Source: an uncultured Gammaproteobacteria bacterium
Lineage (GTDB): Bacteria; Patescibacteriota; Patescibacteriia; 2-12-FULL-57-11
NCBI GenBank assembly: GCA_964648865.1
Contig: CAZYLV010000002.1
Coordinates: 15,272-79,271, forward strand
Direction: 5' to 3'
Length of the DNA: 64,000 nucleotides
Shown here piece by piece: positions 10,120-20,235 of this stretch. Position 1 is the first letter of the stretch, and each line of letters starts with the position of its first letter. Position numbers and translations under genes: made by a program. The notes beneath the pieces are model-generated. The model was not told where the DNA came from. It worked only from the letters and a program-made list of their open reading frames with translations, and did not search any database.

Positions 10120-12364
10120 ATCGACCATCATCCTTTTCTCCGCTTTCTACGACCCGTGGATGAGCGGCGCGGAACGGTGCGTGCAGGAAGTGGTAGGACG
10201 GCTCTCGGGCCGCTACCACTTCACGCTTTTTACGTGCCGTCTCTCCCGGACCGTCCCGGCGCGCGAGTCGCGGTCGGGGCATGAGATCGTCCGTCTCGGC
10301 GTCGGGCATCCGATCGACAAGTGGCTCTTCCCGCTCCTGGCGCCGCTGGCCGCCCTGCGCGTCCGCGCCGCGGTCGCCCACGCGGTCATGGAGTCCTACG
10401 CCGGCATCGCGCTGTGGGTCCTGTGCCTGCTGCGTCCGCGCATGCGCACCGTGCTCACCCTCCAGAGCGGCGACCTGGACAACGACGCCAAGCAGCGGCG
10501 CATCCCGGCCTGGCTGTGGCGGCGTATCCACCGCTCGCCCGACCGCGTGACGGCCATCAGCCGCTTCCTCGCCGACCGTGCGGTCCGTCTCGGCGCCGAT
10601 CCCGTGCGGGTCTCGGTCATCCCCAACGGCGTGGACCTTTCTCGCATCACCCCGCAGCGCCCTGCGGAGCGGGTGGCGCACCGCATCGTCTGCGTGGCGC
10701 GCCTCTCCTGGGAGAAGGGCCTGGGCGAGCTGCTCGAGGCCCTGGCGATCGTCCGTCGCGACGTGCCGGACGCGCACCTGGTGCTCGTCGGGGAGGGCAA
10801 GGAGCGCATCGCCCTCGAGGCCAAGGCGCGTGCGCTGGGCGTCGCGCCGGCGGTCGATTTCCGCGGCGCGTTGCCGAATGCCGAGGCGCTCGCCGTGCTG
10901 CGGACCGCGGACGTCTTCGCCTGCCCGTCGCGGGCCGAGGGGCTCGGCATCGTTTTCATCGAGGCGCAGGCCTGTGGCGTGCCGCCGGTCGGCACGCGCG
11001 TGGGCGGCATCCCCGACGTCATCCAAGACGGGAAGAACGGCCTGCTCGTGCCGCTCGAGGACGCCGAGGCGCTCGCCGCGGCATTGATGCGCGTCATGAA
11101 GGAATCCGGATTGCGGGAACGCCTGGTCGCCGGAGCACGGGAGACGCTGGCGCGTTTCGATTGGCAGGGGATCGTCGAGCACTACGCCGCGCTTTACGGC
11201 CGTCTCCTGCAGGGGCGTTCCGTGCTCATCGCCACCGGCATCTACCCGCCGGCGGTCGGCGGCCCGGCGACCTATACGTACACGCTCGCGCCGCGGCTCG
11301 TGGAGCGCGGCTGGCGCGTGCGCATCGTCACCTATGGCGACGCCGCGACGCGGAAGACCGGCCACGACGGCGCGGCGCTTCATGTGGTGTCGCGCGTCCT
11401 GCCGCCGGGCCTCCGGCATCTCGCCTATCTCCTTTCCGCGTTCCGCCGCGCGCGCGACGCCGATCTGGTATACGCCCAGGACCCCGTCTCCTCCGGCTTG
11501 CCTGCCTCCCTCGCGGCGTTCCTGCGGCGCCGACGGTTCGCCATCAAGGTCGTCGGCGATCATGCCTGGGAGCAGGGACAAGCGCGGTTCGGGGTGCGTG
11601 CGTTGCTCGATGATTTCCAGAAGCGGCGCTTCGGGTTCCGCGTCGAGCTGCTCCGCGCCGTCCAGCGCTTCGTCGTCCGCCGCGCGGCCCGCGTCATCAC
11701 GCCGAGCCGGTACCTTGCGGGCATCGTCGCGCAGTGGGGCGTTCCGGAAGCACGGGTGCGCGTGGTGGAGAACGCCGTGCATGCCATGGACGTCCCGACG
11801 CCGCCGGATGCCGAGGCGCTCGCGGCGCGCACGCCGGAGATCGTCAGCGCCGGACGCTTCCTGCCGTGGAAGGGGATGTGGGAACTCGTCGGCGCCCTGC
11901 CTGCCGTCCGTGCCCGGGTGCCCGGCGCGCGTTTGACCCTCATCGGCGACGGGCCCGAGCGCCCCCGCATCGAGGCCGAGGTCGCGCGGCTCGGACTCGG
12001 GGATGCGGTGACGTTCACCGGCCGCTTGCCGCAGCCGGAGGCGTTCGGCCGCGTCGCTGCCGGGCGCGTCTTCGTGCTCTACACGGGCTACGAAGGGTTC
12101 TCGCACCAGCTCGTCGAGGCCATGTCCAGCGGCGTGCCGGTCGTCGCCAGCGACGCCGGCGGGAACCCCGAGGTCGCGGCGCACGAGCGGAACGCGTTGG
12201 TCGTGCGCTGGGGCGATGCGGCCGCGCTCACCGCGGCCATCGTGCGGCTGCTTGAGGACGCGGCGCTCAGCGCGCGTCTCGCGGCCGAAGCGCGCAAGAC
12301 GGCGGCCCTGTATCCCGAAGAGCGCATGGTCTCCGGGACCGTGGATGCGCTGTCCGACTTTTGA
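10109..12364 (+). CDS. Double GT4 glycosyltransferase (two fused GT-B modules)
   Basis: Module 1 has SGAE and EGLGIVFIEAQA. Module 2 has GIYPPAVGGPATY and EGFSHQLVEAM. Confidence 0.88.
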   Translation: MAPESTIILFSAFYDPWMSGAERCVQEVVGRLSGRYHFTLFTCRLSRTVPARESRSGHEIVRLGVGHPIDKWLFPLLAPLAALRVRAAVAHAVMESYAGIALWVLCLLRPRMRTVLTLQSGDLDNDAKQRRIPAWLWRRIHRSPDRVTAISRFLADRAVRLGADPVRVSVIPNGVDLSRITPQRPAERVAHRIVCVARLSWEKGLGELLEALAIVRRDVPDAHLVLVGEGKERIALEAKARALGVAPAVDFRGALPNAEALAVLRTADVFACPSRAEGLGIVFIEAQACGVPPVGTRVGGIPDVIQDGKNGLLVPLEDAEALAAALMRVMKESGLRERLVAGARETLARFDWQGIVEHYAALYGRLLQGRSVLIATGIYPPAVGGPATYTYTLAPRLVERGWRVRIVTYGDAATRKTGHDGAALHVVSRVLPPGLRHLAYLLSAFRRARDADLVYAQDPVSSGLPASLAAFLRRRRFAIKVVGDHAWEQGQARFGVRALLDDFQKRRFGFRVELLRAVQRFVVRRAARVITPSRYLAGIVAQWGVPEARVRVVENAVHAMDVPTPPDAEALAARTPEIVSAGRFLPWKGMWELVGALPAVRARVPGARLTLIGDGPERPRIEAEVARLGLGDAVTFTGRLPQPEAFGRVAAGRVFVLYTGYEGFSHQLVEAMSSGVPVVASDAGGNPEVAAHERNALVVRWGDAAALTAAIVRLLEDAALSARLAAEARKTAALYPEERMVSGTVDALSDF

Positions 12365-12365
12365 T

Positions 12366-13397
12366 ATGCCCGCGCGCGTCTTCATGATCAGCCGCGATCC
12401 GTCCGCCGAGCAGGCGAGCAGCGCCACGGCCGCCCGGCTCGATGCCTACCGTACCGCGGGCGCCGAGCTCGTGGTGCGCGCGCTGACTCCGCGAAGCCTG
12501 ATCCGCATCCTGCGCGACGGGCTGCGTACGGTCGGCCGCGGCTGGGTGGTCACGGCGCAGGACCCGTTCGAGGCCGGGCTCGTGGCGTGGTTCATCGCCT
12601 GGATGCGCGGCGCCAGGCTCGAGCTCCAGATGCATGGCGATTTCCTGAACCCGGCGTGGTGGCGCGAGGTCTGGCACCGGCCCATCCGTCTGGTCCTCGC
12701 GCGGGTGTTGCTGCGTCGCGCCGACGGCGTGCGTGTCCCCGGAGAGCGGGTGGCGCGGTCGCTCGCGGGGCTCGTCCCGGCGGAGCGCATCGTGAAGGTT
12801 CCGGTAGCGCCCACTCCTGGTGCCGTACGGGGCGAACCTGTCGAGTGGCAGCGTGTCCTCCTTGCCGCCCGTTTCAGTCCCGAGAAGGACATCCCGTTGC
12901 TGGTGCGCGCGTTCGCGTCCATCGCGTCGCGGTTCCCCCAAGCGGTCTTGGTGTTGCGCGGCGAGGGTCCGGAGATCGGCCGTATCCAAGCAGAGGTCCG
13001 CTCGGTGCGTGGCCTGTTGGTCCGGCAAGACCAGATCCAATTCCAGAGGCCCTTCACTCCAGATGACCCTTCCCCGGACACCGCCGGTGTCGTCGTCATC
13101 AGCTCGCGGCACGAATCCTGGAGCCGCATCGCTGTCGAGGCCGCGCTCGCCGGGCGCGCGGTCGTGATGACCGACGTCGGTTGTGCTGGTGAAGTCATCA
13201 TCGACGGCGAGAGCGGATGGGTCGTGCCGCCAGGAGACGAGGCCGCGTTCGCTGCAGCGCTTGCCGACGCGCTCGCGCGTCCGGATGAGGCACGTCGCCG
13301 CGGAGAGAACGCACGGAAGGCCGCGGAAGCGTTGCCGAGCGGCAGCGACGTCGCCCGCCGCATCGTCGCGGCGTGGTACAGGCTTGTAGGGGCGTAA
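12366..13397 (+). CDS. GT4 glycosyltransferase (divergent)
   Basis: TAQDPFEAG, QMHGDF, ESWSRIAVEAA, MTDVGCAGE. ATG 12366 lies 1 nt after the previous stop. Confidence 0.8.
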   Translation: MPARVFMISRDPSAEQASSATAARLDAYRTAGAELVVRALTPRSLIRILRDGLRTVGRGWVVTAQDPFEAGLVAWFIAWMRGARLELQMHGDFLNPAWWREVWHRPIRLVLARVLLRRADGVRVPGERVARSLAGLVPAERIVKVPVAPTPGAVRGEPVEWQRVLLAARFSPEKDIPLLVRAFASIASRFPQAVLVLRGEGPEIGRIQAEVRSVRGLLVRQDQIQFQRPFTPDDPSPDTAGVVVISSRHESWSRIAVEAALAGRAVVMTDVGCAGEVIIDGESGWVVPPGDEAAFAAALADALARPDEARRRGENARKAAEALPSGSDVARRIVAAWYRLVGA

Positions 13398-13413
13398 TGC
13401 ATTACGCCCCTAC
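13386..13413. repeat. GTAG-type REP-like perfect palindrome
   Basis: GTAGGGGCGTAATG|CATTACGCCCCTAC is a perfect 28-bp palindrome with GTAG ends. It contains the TAA stop of the upstream GT4. Confidence 0.75.
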
Positions 13414-13419
13414 GCAGGT

Positions 13420-14139
13420 ATGACCTACTCCTTCATCATCCCCGCCTACAACGAGGAATCCGCCATCGCCGAAGCGATCGCGGCGGTCTTGGCGTACGCC
13501 GACCGGCTGGGCGACGCCGAGCTCGTCGTCGTCGACGACGGGTCGACGGACGCCACGGCGGCGCGCGTCGCGGCGGTCCGCGATCCGCGCCTGCGGCTCA
13601 TCCGCCTGCCGCAGAACCGCGGCAAGGGCGCGGCGGTGCGCGCCGGCATGCTCGCGGCCGCGGGGGAGTGGCGCATCTTCTTGGATGCCGACCTCTCGAC
13701 GCGCCCGGAGGAATTCGAGTCCTTCCGCCCGCATCTCGCTGCCGCCGACGTGCTGGTGGGGTCGCGCGCGGTGCCCGGTGCCCGCATCGCCGTGCGTCAG
13801 CCCTTTTGGCGCGAGCAGGGCGGCCGCGTCTTCAACCGCGCGGTCCAACTCCTGCTCGATCTCCCCATCCGCGATACCCAGTGCGGCTTCAAGTGCTTCT
13901 CGGCGCGCGCGGTGCCGGCCTTCGCCGAGACGCGCACCGACGGCTGGGCCTTCGACGCCGAGGTTCTGGTCCGCGCCCACCGCGGCGGTCTGCGCGTCCG
14001 GGAGCTGCCGGTGGCCTGGCGCCACGACCCGACGAGCCATGTGCGCCTCTCCGGCATCGCCCGGGCGGTCATCGACCTCCTGCGCATCCGCCGTTTGACC
14101 CGGGCCGCGAAACCGCCTATGGTGGAGGGTCCGCTATGA
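13420..14139 (+). CDS. GT2 polyprenyl/dolichyl-phosphate glycosyltransferase-like
   Basis: IIPAYNE, VDDGSTD, NRGKGAAVRAG, FLDADLS, DTQCGFK, WAFDAE. Confidence 0.9.
   Translation: MTYSFIIPAYNEESAIAEAIAAVLAYADRLGDAELVVVDDGSTDATAARVAAVRDPRLRLIRLPQNRGKGAAVRAGMLAAAGEWRIFLDADLSTRPEEFESFRPHLAAADVLVGSRAVPGARIAVRQPFWREQGGRVFNRAVQLLLDLPIRDTQCGFKCFSARAVPAFAETRTDGWAFDAEVLVRAHRGGLRVRELPVAWRHDPTSHVRLSGIARAVIDLLRIRRLTRAAKPPMVEGPL
14095..14123 (+). promoter_or_regulatory. Putative internal sigma70 promoter
   Basis: TTGACC-N17-TATGGT, 12 nt before ATG 14136. Confidence 0.5.
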
Positions 14140-15206
14140 AGCACATCGCCCTGGTGGCCGGCGCGCGGCCCAATTTCATGAAGGTGGCTCCGTTGCGCGA
14201 AGCCCTCGTGGCGCGCGGCGCCCGCGTGAGCCTCATCCATACCGGCCAGCATTACGATCCGCTGATGTCGGAGGTCTTTTTCCGCGACCTCGGCTTGCCC
14301 GCGCCGGACGTGCATCTCGGCGTCGGCCCCGGTGACCGTGTCACGCAGACCCGCGCCATCGTCGAGGCGCTCGTCCCGGCGCTGCGGGAACACGTGCCGG
14401 ACGTGCTGGTCGTGGTCGGCGACGTCACCTCGACGGCCGCCGCCGCCATCGCCGGCACGCTCGCCGGCATCCCGGTGGCGCACGTCGAAGCGGGCTTGCG
14501 CTCCTTCCACTGGCCGATGCCCGAGGAGCTCAACCGCATGATCGCCGACCACCATAGCCGATGGCTGTTCGTGACCGAGCCGTCCGGCGTCGCCAACCTG
14601 CGGGCCGAGCGCGCTCCGGCCGAGCGTATCCATCTCGTCGGCAACGTCATGATCGACACGCTGCGCCGCTTCGAGCCACGCGTCGCCGCAGCAGATGTCC
14701 GTGTCCGGCTGTCGCTCCCGGAGCGCTACGGCGTGCTCACCCTGCACCGTCCGGAGAACGTCGACGACCCGCAGGTGCTCTCGTCGCTGGCTGGCGCCAT
14801 CACCGAGGCGTCGACGCGGCTTCCTCTCATCTATCCGGTCCACCATCGCGTCCGCGACCGTCTCGTCGGTACGCCGCTCGCCGCCGCGCCGGGCGTCCGC
14901 ACCGTCGAACCGCTCGGCTACGTGGACATGCTCGCCCTGGTGCGCGGCGCCACCCTCGTGCTCACGGATTCCGGCGGCCTGCAGGAGGAGACCACGGCGC
15001 TCGGCATCCCGTGCATCACGGTGCGCGGCCAGACCGAGCGGCCGGTGACCGTCGAGGTCGGGACGAGCGAGATCGTCGGCCACGACCGCGACGCCATCCT
15101 TGACGCGGTCGACCGCGTCCTCGCCGGCGCATGGAAGAAGGGTCGCGTGCCCGACCTCTGGGACGGCCGTGCCGCCGAGCGCATCGCCGAGATCCTGCTT
15201 GCCTGA
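14136..15206 (+). CDS. wecB: UDP-N-acetylglucosamine 2-epimerase (non-hydrolysing), copy 1
   Basis: GARPNFMK, HTGQHYD, HVEAGLRS, PEELNR, TDSGGLQEE, TERP. Confidence 0.92.
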   Translation: MKHIALVAGARPNFMKVAPLREALVARGARVSLIHTGQHYDPLMSEVFFRDLGLPAPDVHLGVGPGDRVTQTRAIVEALVPALREHVPDVLVVVGDVTSTAAAAIAGTLAGIPVAHVEAGLRSFHWPMPEELNRMIADHHSRWLFVTEPSGVANLRAERAPAERIHLVGNVMIDTLRRFEPRVAAADVRVRLSLPERYGVLTLHRPENVDDPQVLSSLAGAITEASTRLPLIYPVHHRVRDRLVGTPLAAAPGVRTVEPLGYVDMLALVRGATLVLTDSGGLQEETTALGIPCITVRGQTERPVTVEVGTSEIVGHDRDAILDAVDRVLAGAWKKGRVPDLWDGRAAERIAEILLA

Positions 15207-16225
15207 TGCTTCGCCTCCTCTTTGTCACGCCCAAGATCCACGAACGCGACGATGATTTCGCGTTCACCTCGCTGTGGGCGCAGGCCTTTGCGCGCGCCGG
15301 CTTCGCCGTGACCGTGGTGGCGCTCGAAGTGCGCGAACATGCCCTGCCCTTCCCGGTGCGTTCGCTGGGGCGCGAACAGGGATGGCCGACGTGGCGTTCC
15401 TTCATGGAATTCCAGAAGGTCATCCTGACGACGCCGCATGACCGCGTCTTCGTGCACATGAATCCGCGGTGGCTCGCGGCCGGCGCCTGGTACTGGTGGC
15501 TGCGCCGCACGCCGACGTACCTATGGTACACGCACTACACGCGGCCGCTCTCGCTCAAGATCGGCGACAAGGTCGTGAAGCGCATGTTCGCGGCCACCAA
15601 GGACTGTCTCCCGCAGTACGAAGGGGACGCCCGCAAAGTCGTCACCGGGCACGGCATCGACACGGCCTTCTGGGACGTGCCTGAGGTGCCGGAGGCCGAG
15701 CGCGAACCGGCGACGCACCTGCTTGCCGTGCACCGCATCTCGCGCTCCAAGCGCATGGAGATCGCGCTCAAGGCGCTGGCGTTGCTGCCGCCGACGTACA
15801 CCTTGACCCACTACGGCCGGCCGCTCGACCCGCGCCAGGATCCGGAGTATGCCGAGGAGATCCGCGCGCTCGCCGAGAGCCCCGCGCTCAAGGGGCGCGT
15901 GCGCTTCATGGGCTCGCGGCCGATGCCCGAGCTCCGCGAGGTCTATCCGCGCTACCGCGTGGCCATCAACATGGTGCCGGACACCATCGACAAGACCGTG
16001 CTCGAGGCCATGCACTGCGGGCTGACGCCGGTCATCACGCGCGGGCACGCCGCGGCCATCGGGTGGCCGTCCGCGCCGGCCGACGATTCGCCCGAGGCGG
16101 TGGCCGCCTTCATCCGCGCGCTTGCCTCGGCGCCGCGCGAGGAGCTGCGCCGCGTCGTGCGCGAGGGGCATGGGCTGGATGCGCTGGTCGCGAAGCTCGC
16201 CGCCTACATCCGCCCCGGCACCTGA
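15206..16225 (+). CDS. GT4-like glycosyltransferase
   Basis: GHGIDT, RISRSK, DKTVLEAMHCG. TGATG coupling to wecB. Confidence 0.8.
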   Translation: MLRLLFVTPKIHERDDDFAFTSLWAQAFARAGFAVTVVALEVREHALPFPVRSLGREQGWPTWRSFMEFQKVILTTPHDRVFVHMNPRWLAAGAWYWWLRRTPTYLWYTHYTRPLSLKIGDKVVKRMFAATKDCLPQYEGDARKVVTGHGIDTAFWDVPEVPEAEREPATHLLAVHRISRSKRMEIALKALALLPPTYTLTHYGRPLDPRQDPEYAEEIRALAESPALKGRVRFMGSRPMPELREVYPRYRVAINMVPDTIDKTVLEAMHCGLTPVITRGHAAAIGWPSAPADDSPEAVAAFIRALASAPREELRRVVREGHGLDALVAKLAAYIRPGT

Positions 16226-16226
16226 T

Positions 16227-18077
16227 ATGTGCGGCATCAACGGCTTCACGTTCTCCGATCCGGAGGCGTTGCGGCGGATGCATGCCGCCACCCGCCACCG
16301 TGGCCCGGACGACGAGGGCTTCCATGAACGGGACGGCGTCTCGTTGGGGCACAACCGGCTGTCCATCATCGACCTCTCGCCGCTCGGACGCCAACCGATG
16401 TCGACGCCCGACGGCCGCTTCACCGTCGTCTTCAACGGCGAGATCTACAATTACCGGGAGCTGCGCACGGAGCTCGAGGCCTCGGGTGTCCGCTTCCGCG
16501 GCGCGTCGGACACCGAGGTCCTGCTCGCGCTCTTCGCCCGCGACGGCGCGTCCTGCCTGGAACGCCTGAACGGCATCTTCGCGTTCGCCGTCTGGGAGCG
16601 CGACTCCCGGACGCTGACGCTCGCGCGCGACCACCTCGGCGTGAAACCGCTCTACTACCACTGGGACGGCGCTCGGCTGGCGTTCTCCTCGGAGATCAAG
16701 GCGCTGCTCACCTTGCCGCATGTCCGGCGCGAGGTCGATCCCGGGGCGCTCTCGCTGTACGTGCGGTTCCTGTACGTCCCCGGGCCGCGCACCATGCTCG
16801 CCGGCATCCGCAAGCTGCAGCCTGGCCACGTGCTCACCCTGCGTGACGCCGAGCTCGCGGTGCGTCCGTACTGGACGCTCGCGGAAGGGGAGCCGTTCGC
16901 GGACCGGGCCGCCGCACGCGCCGCGGTGCGCGAGGGCGTGCTGGCCGCGGTGCGCCGGCAGCTCGTCTCCGATCGACCGCTCGGCGTCTTCCTCTCCGGC
17001 GGGGTCGACTCCACGCTCGTCCTCGCCGCGATGCGCGCGGCGCACGCAGGCGCCATCAAGACCTTCTCCGTCGGCTACGAGGCCACGGACCAGGCCGACA
17101 AGTACAATGCCGACTTCGACGTGGCCGCGCGTACGGCCGCGCGCTTCGGCGCGGAGCATCATCCGATCCGCATCTCCGGCCGCGACGTCGCCGCCGTCTT
17201 CGAGGACGTCGTCCGGCACATGGACGAGCCGATCTCCAACCACGTCCAACCGTCGACCTACCTGCTCGCCAAGTTCGCCAAGCCGCAGATCACCGTGGCG
17301 CTCGGCGGCGACGGCGGCGACGAGCTTTTCGGCGGGTACGACCGCTACTGGTACCACCAGGCGCTCGGCAGGCTCGCGGCGCTGCCGGTGCCGCTGCGGC
17401 ATCCGCGCGTGCTCGCCGGAATCGGGCGGCTGGCGGGCGCACGGTCTCTCGCAGAGAAGGCCGCGACGGCGCCGGGCGTCGACCGCTTCCTGGCGTTCAT
17501 GGGCCAGAAGGACGGCCGCGCGGCGGGGCTGCTGCGCTCCGGCGTCGATCGGCCGGAGACCGTGCGCGCGACGTTCGCGCCGCATTTCGCCGTGCCTTGG
17601 CGCGACGCCGTGAACCAGGTCATGGCCGCGGACGCGCGCAGTTGGCTGCCGGACGAGTCGTTGATGCGCACGGACAAGATGACCATGGCGCACGCCCTCG
17701 AGCAGCGCGTGCCGCTCTTGGACCCGACGCTCGCGGCGCTCGCCTTCCGCATCCCATCGCGCTGGAAGCTCGGCGGCCGTACCTGGGGCAAGCGTATCCT
17801 GCGCGAGGCCTTCCGCGCCGAGCTGCCGGGGTTCGTCCTCGCGCAGAAGAAGCGCGGTTTCTTCTCTCCGGCATCGAAGTGGTTGCGCGGCGACCTGCTG
17901 CCGCTGGCGCGCGAGCTGCTCTCGGACGGCTACGCGGCCGGCAGCGGGGAGTGGCTGGACCTCGCCGCGGCGCGCCGCATCCTCGACGACCACGTGGAGA
18001 AGCGCGCCTACGGCCTCACCCAAGTCTGGGCCGCGATGACGTTCCAGGCGTGGTGGCGGTCGGCCATGGGCCGCTGA
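16227..18077 (+). CDS. asnB: AsnB-family glutamine amidotransferase (probable glycan uronate amidotransferase)
   Basis: N-terminal MCGI, HRGPDD, FNGEIYN, RDHLGVKPLYY, LSGGVDS, GDGGDELFGGY. Located in a glycan locus. Confidence 0.92.
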   Translation: MCGINGFTFSDPEALRRMHAATRHRGPDDEGFHERDGVSLGHNRLSIIDLSPLGRQPMSTPDGRFTVVFNGEIYNYRELRTELEASGVRFRGASDTEVLLALFARDGASCLERLNGIFAFAVWERDSRTLTLARDHLGVKPLYYHWDGARLAFSSEIKALLTLPHVRREVDPGALSLYVRFLYVPGPRTMLAGIRKLQPGHVLTLRDAELAVRPYWTLAEGEPFADRAAARAAVREGVLAAVRRQLVSDRPLGVFLSGGVDSTLVLAAMRAAHAGAIKTFSVGYEATDQADKYNADFDVAARTAARFGAEHHPIRISGRDVAAVFEDVVRHMDEPISNHVQPSTYLLAKFAKPQITVALGGDGGDELFGGYDRYWYHQALGRLAALPVPLRHPRVLAGIGRLAGARSLAEKAATAPGVDRFLAFMGQKDGRAAGLLRSGVDRPETVRATFAPHFAVPWRDAVNQVMAADARSWLPDESLMRTDKMTMAHALEQRVPLLDPTLAALAFRIPSRWKLGGRTWGKRILREAFRAELPGFVLAQKKRGFFSPASKWLRGDLLPLARELLSDGYAAGSGEWLDLAAARRILDDHVEKRAYGLTQVWAAMTFQAWWRSAMGR

Positions 18078-18078
18078 G

Positions 18079-18107
18079 GTGACGCGTCCGCCCGTTTCCG
18101 ATACACT
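18079..18107 (+). promoter_or_regulatory. Putative sigma70 promoter
   Basis: GTGACG-N17-TACACT upstream of ATG 18126. Confidence 0.45.
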
Positions 18108-18125
18108 GCGACCCGACTCCAGGAT

Positions 18126-18857
18126 ATGCCCGCATCCGTCCCACCCGCCTTCTCCTATCTGCGCGGCAAAGCGCTGAGCAGCCGCGTCCTTCCGGAGTTC
18201 TTCTCCGTCGACGGGGCGCGCGTGCTCAATGCCGGGTTCGGTGACGGGCCGCAGGCGCTCGTCTATGCCGGCGCCTTCCGCTCGATGCTGGGCGTCGACG
18301 TCAATGCCGAGCGTCTGGAGCGCGCCCGACGCATGCTGGATGCGGCCGGCGTGACGGACGTCGAGCTCATCCAGGGCACGGTCGAGCGCATCCCGCGCCC
18401 GGACAGCAGCTTCGACGCCGTCTTGGCCATCGACATCATCGAGCACGTCGAACGCCCCGACGCCTTCCTGACGGAGATGCGGCGCCTCCTCGTGCCGGGC
18501 GGCCGCATGCTCGTCACCTTCCCCGCCATGCACGACCGCTTCGTGGACACGGTGTCGGCGGTCGGTCGGCTCTTGGGGCGCAAGGGGCACGCGCATCCCG
18601 AGGGGTGGCACCCCGACTACCACCAACGCGAGTTGCCCGTGCGCGTCTGGAGGAAGACGGTGGAGGACGCCGGGTTCCGCTGCACGCGCAGCGGCGCCAC
18701 GACGATGTTCCCGCCGCTCCACCTCTACGGAGTGCCTCGGTTCTGGTTCTCCAACACGATCATCCATGCCATCGACCGTCGGATCGCCGCGCTGCCCGGG
18801 ATCCGGCTGCTGGGACAGACGGTGATGGCGGAATGCGTCAACCAAAAACGGGCCTGA
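18126..18857 (+). CDS. Class I SAM-dependent methyltransferase
   Basis: VLNAGFGDG, GVDVN, FDAVLAIDIIEHV, LVPGG. Confidence 0.85.
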   Translation: MPASVPPAFSYLRGKALSSRVLPEFFSVDGARVLNAGFGDGPQALVYAGAFRSMLGVDVNAERLERARRMLDAAGVTDVELIQGTVERIPRPDSSFDAVLAIDIIEHVERPDAFLTEMRRLLVPGGRMLVTFPAMHDRFVDTVSAVGRLLGRKGHAHPEGWHPDYHQRELPVRVWRKTVEDAGFRCTRSGATTMFPPLHLYGVPRFWFSNTIIHAIDRRIAALPGIRLLGQTVMAECVNQKRA

Positions 18858-18876
18858 GCAGGCCCGTTCCCTTTTT
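18844..18876. terminator. Bidirectional intrinsic terminator between convergent genes
   Basis: AACGGGCCTG (18847-18856) / CAGGCCCGTT (18859-18868) with an A-run on the left and a T-run on the right. Confidence 0.75.
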
Positions 18877-18880
18877 GCGT

Positions 18881-20215
18881 TCACTCGTAGTACTCGCGGC
18901 CGAGGTGCGTGATGAGCGTCTCCCCGCGCATCCAGCGCAGGGTATTCTTGAGTTTCATCGATTGGATGAAGAGGTCGTGCTCGGGATAGAGGTCTGGCGC
19001 GGTCATCGGGCTCTTGAAGAAGAGCGACAACCATTCCTGGATGCCGGACATGCCGGCACGCTTGCCCAGATCCAGGAAGCGGGCGATGTCGAGCAAGAGC
19101 GGCGCGGCGAGGATGGAGTCGCGGCACAGGAAGTTGACCTTGATCTGCATGGGGTACCCCATCCAGCCGACGATGTCGATGTTGTCCCAGCCTTCCTTCT
19201 CGTCGCCGCGCGGCGGGTAGTAGTTGATGCGGACGATGTGCGAGAGCTTGGCGTACAGCTCCGGGTAGAGGGTCGGTTGGAGGATGTAGTCGAGCACCGA
19301 GAGCTTGCTCTTCTCCTTGGTCTCGAAGGAGCCCGGATCGTCGAGCACCATGCCGTCGCGGTTGCCGAGGATGTTGGTGGAGAACCAGCCGCGGACGCCG
19401 AGCATGCGGGTCTTGAGCCCCGGGGCGATGACGGTCTTCATGAGCGTCTGGCCGGTCTTGAGGTCCTTGCCGGCGATCGGCGTGCCGGTCTTTCCGGCAA
19501 GCTCCTGGAGCGCCGGGATGTCGACCGTCAGGTTGGGCGCGCAGTTGGCGTAGGGGACGCCCATGGAGAGCGCGGCGTAGGCATAGACCATCGACGGCGC
19601 GATGTCCGGGTGGTTGTCGCGCAACCCCTGTTCGAAAGCGGCCAGCGTGGCATGCACGTCACCCGGAGCGATGTACGTCTCCGTCGAGCCGGTCCAGAGC
19701 ATCACGCTCCGCGTCGCGCCGGTCTCGGCCTGGACCTTGGCGATGTCGGCCTTGAGCGCCTCCGCGGCTTCCCAGTGCGTGGCGGCCTGTTTGACGTTGC
19801 TGCCGGAGATGTTCTTGACGAACCGCTGGGTGAAGACGGCGGGCATGGGCCGCAACGCGCGCAAGACGTCGGCGACGCCCTCGAGGTCCTGCTCCTTGAG
19901 CACGCCGGCCTTCTTGGCGGCGTCGTAGGCCGAGTCCGGGTAGATGTCCCAGGCGGCGAAGCGCAGGTCCTCGAGCCGCGCCAGCGGGACGAAGTCCTTG
20001 ATGCGCGGCGAACGGTTCTCCATGCGCTTCCCGAGACGCACCGTGCCCATCTCGGTCATCGAACCGATCGGCTGTGCTTGGCCCCGCTTGATCGCTTCGA
20101 CGCCGGCGACCAGCGTCGTGGCGATGGCGCCCAGCCCGACGAGGAAGACGGCGAGCGGACCCTCGGCCGGAGCGATGTTCACCGGCACCTGCGGCTGGGA
20201 CTCCTGGGTGGTCAT
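18881..20215 (-). CDS. ino1: myo-inositol-1-phosphate synthase
   Basis: GLGAIATT, LWTGSTE, GKDLKTGQTLMK, STNILGNRDG, GDEKEGWD, CRDSILAAPL. Confidence 0.93.
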   Translation of the reverse strand: MTTQESQPQVPVNIAPAEGPLAVFLVGLGAIATTLVAGVEAIKRGQAQPIGSMTEMGTVRLGKRMENRSPRIKDFVPLARLEDLRFAAWDIYPDSAYDAAKKAGVLKEQDLEGVADVLRALRPMPAVFTQRFVKNISGSNVKQAATHWEAAEALKADIAKVQAETGATRSVMLWTGSTETYIAPGDVHATLAAFEQGLRDNHPDIAPSMVYAYAALSMGVPYANCAPNLTVDIPALQELAGKTGTPIAGKDLKTGQTLMKTVIAPGLKTRMLGVRGWFSTNILGNRDGMVLDDPGSFETKEKSKLSVLDYILQPTLYPELYAKLSHIVRINYYPPRGDEKEGWDNIDIVGWMGYPMQIKVNFLCRDSILAAPLLLDIARFLDLGKRAGMSGIQEWLSLFFKSPMTAPDLYPEHDLFIQSMKLKNTLRWMRGETLITHLGREYYE

Positions 20216-20235
20216 AGGCTTGGCGATTCCCGCCA

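Noticed and set aside
16227-18077. asnB as housekeeping asparagine synthesis
   Set aside because: It is coupled to glycosyltransferase genes, where AsnB homologs (WbpS-like) usually amidate uronic acids
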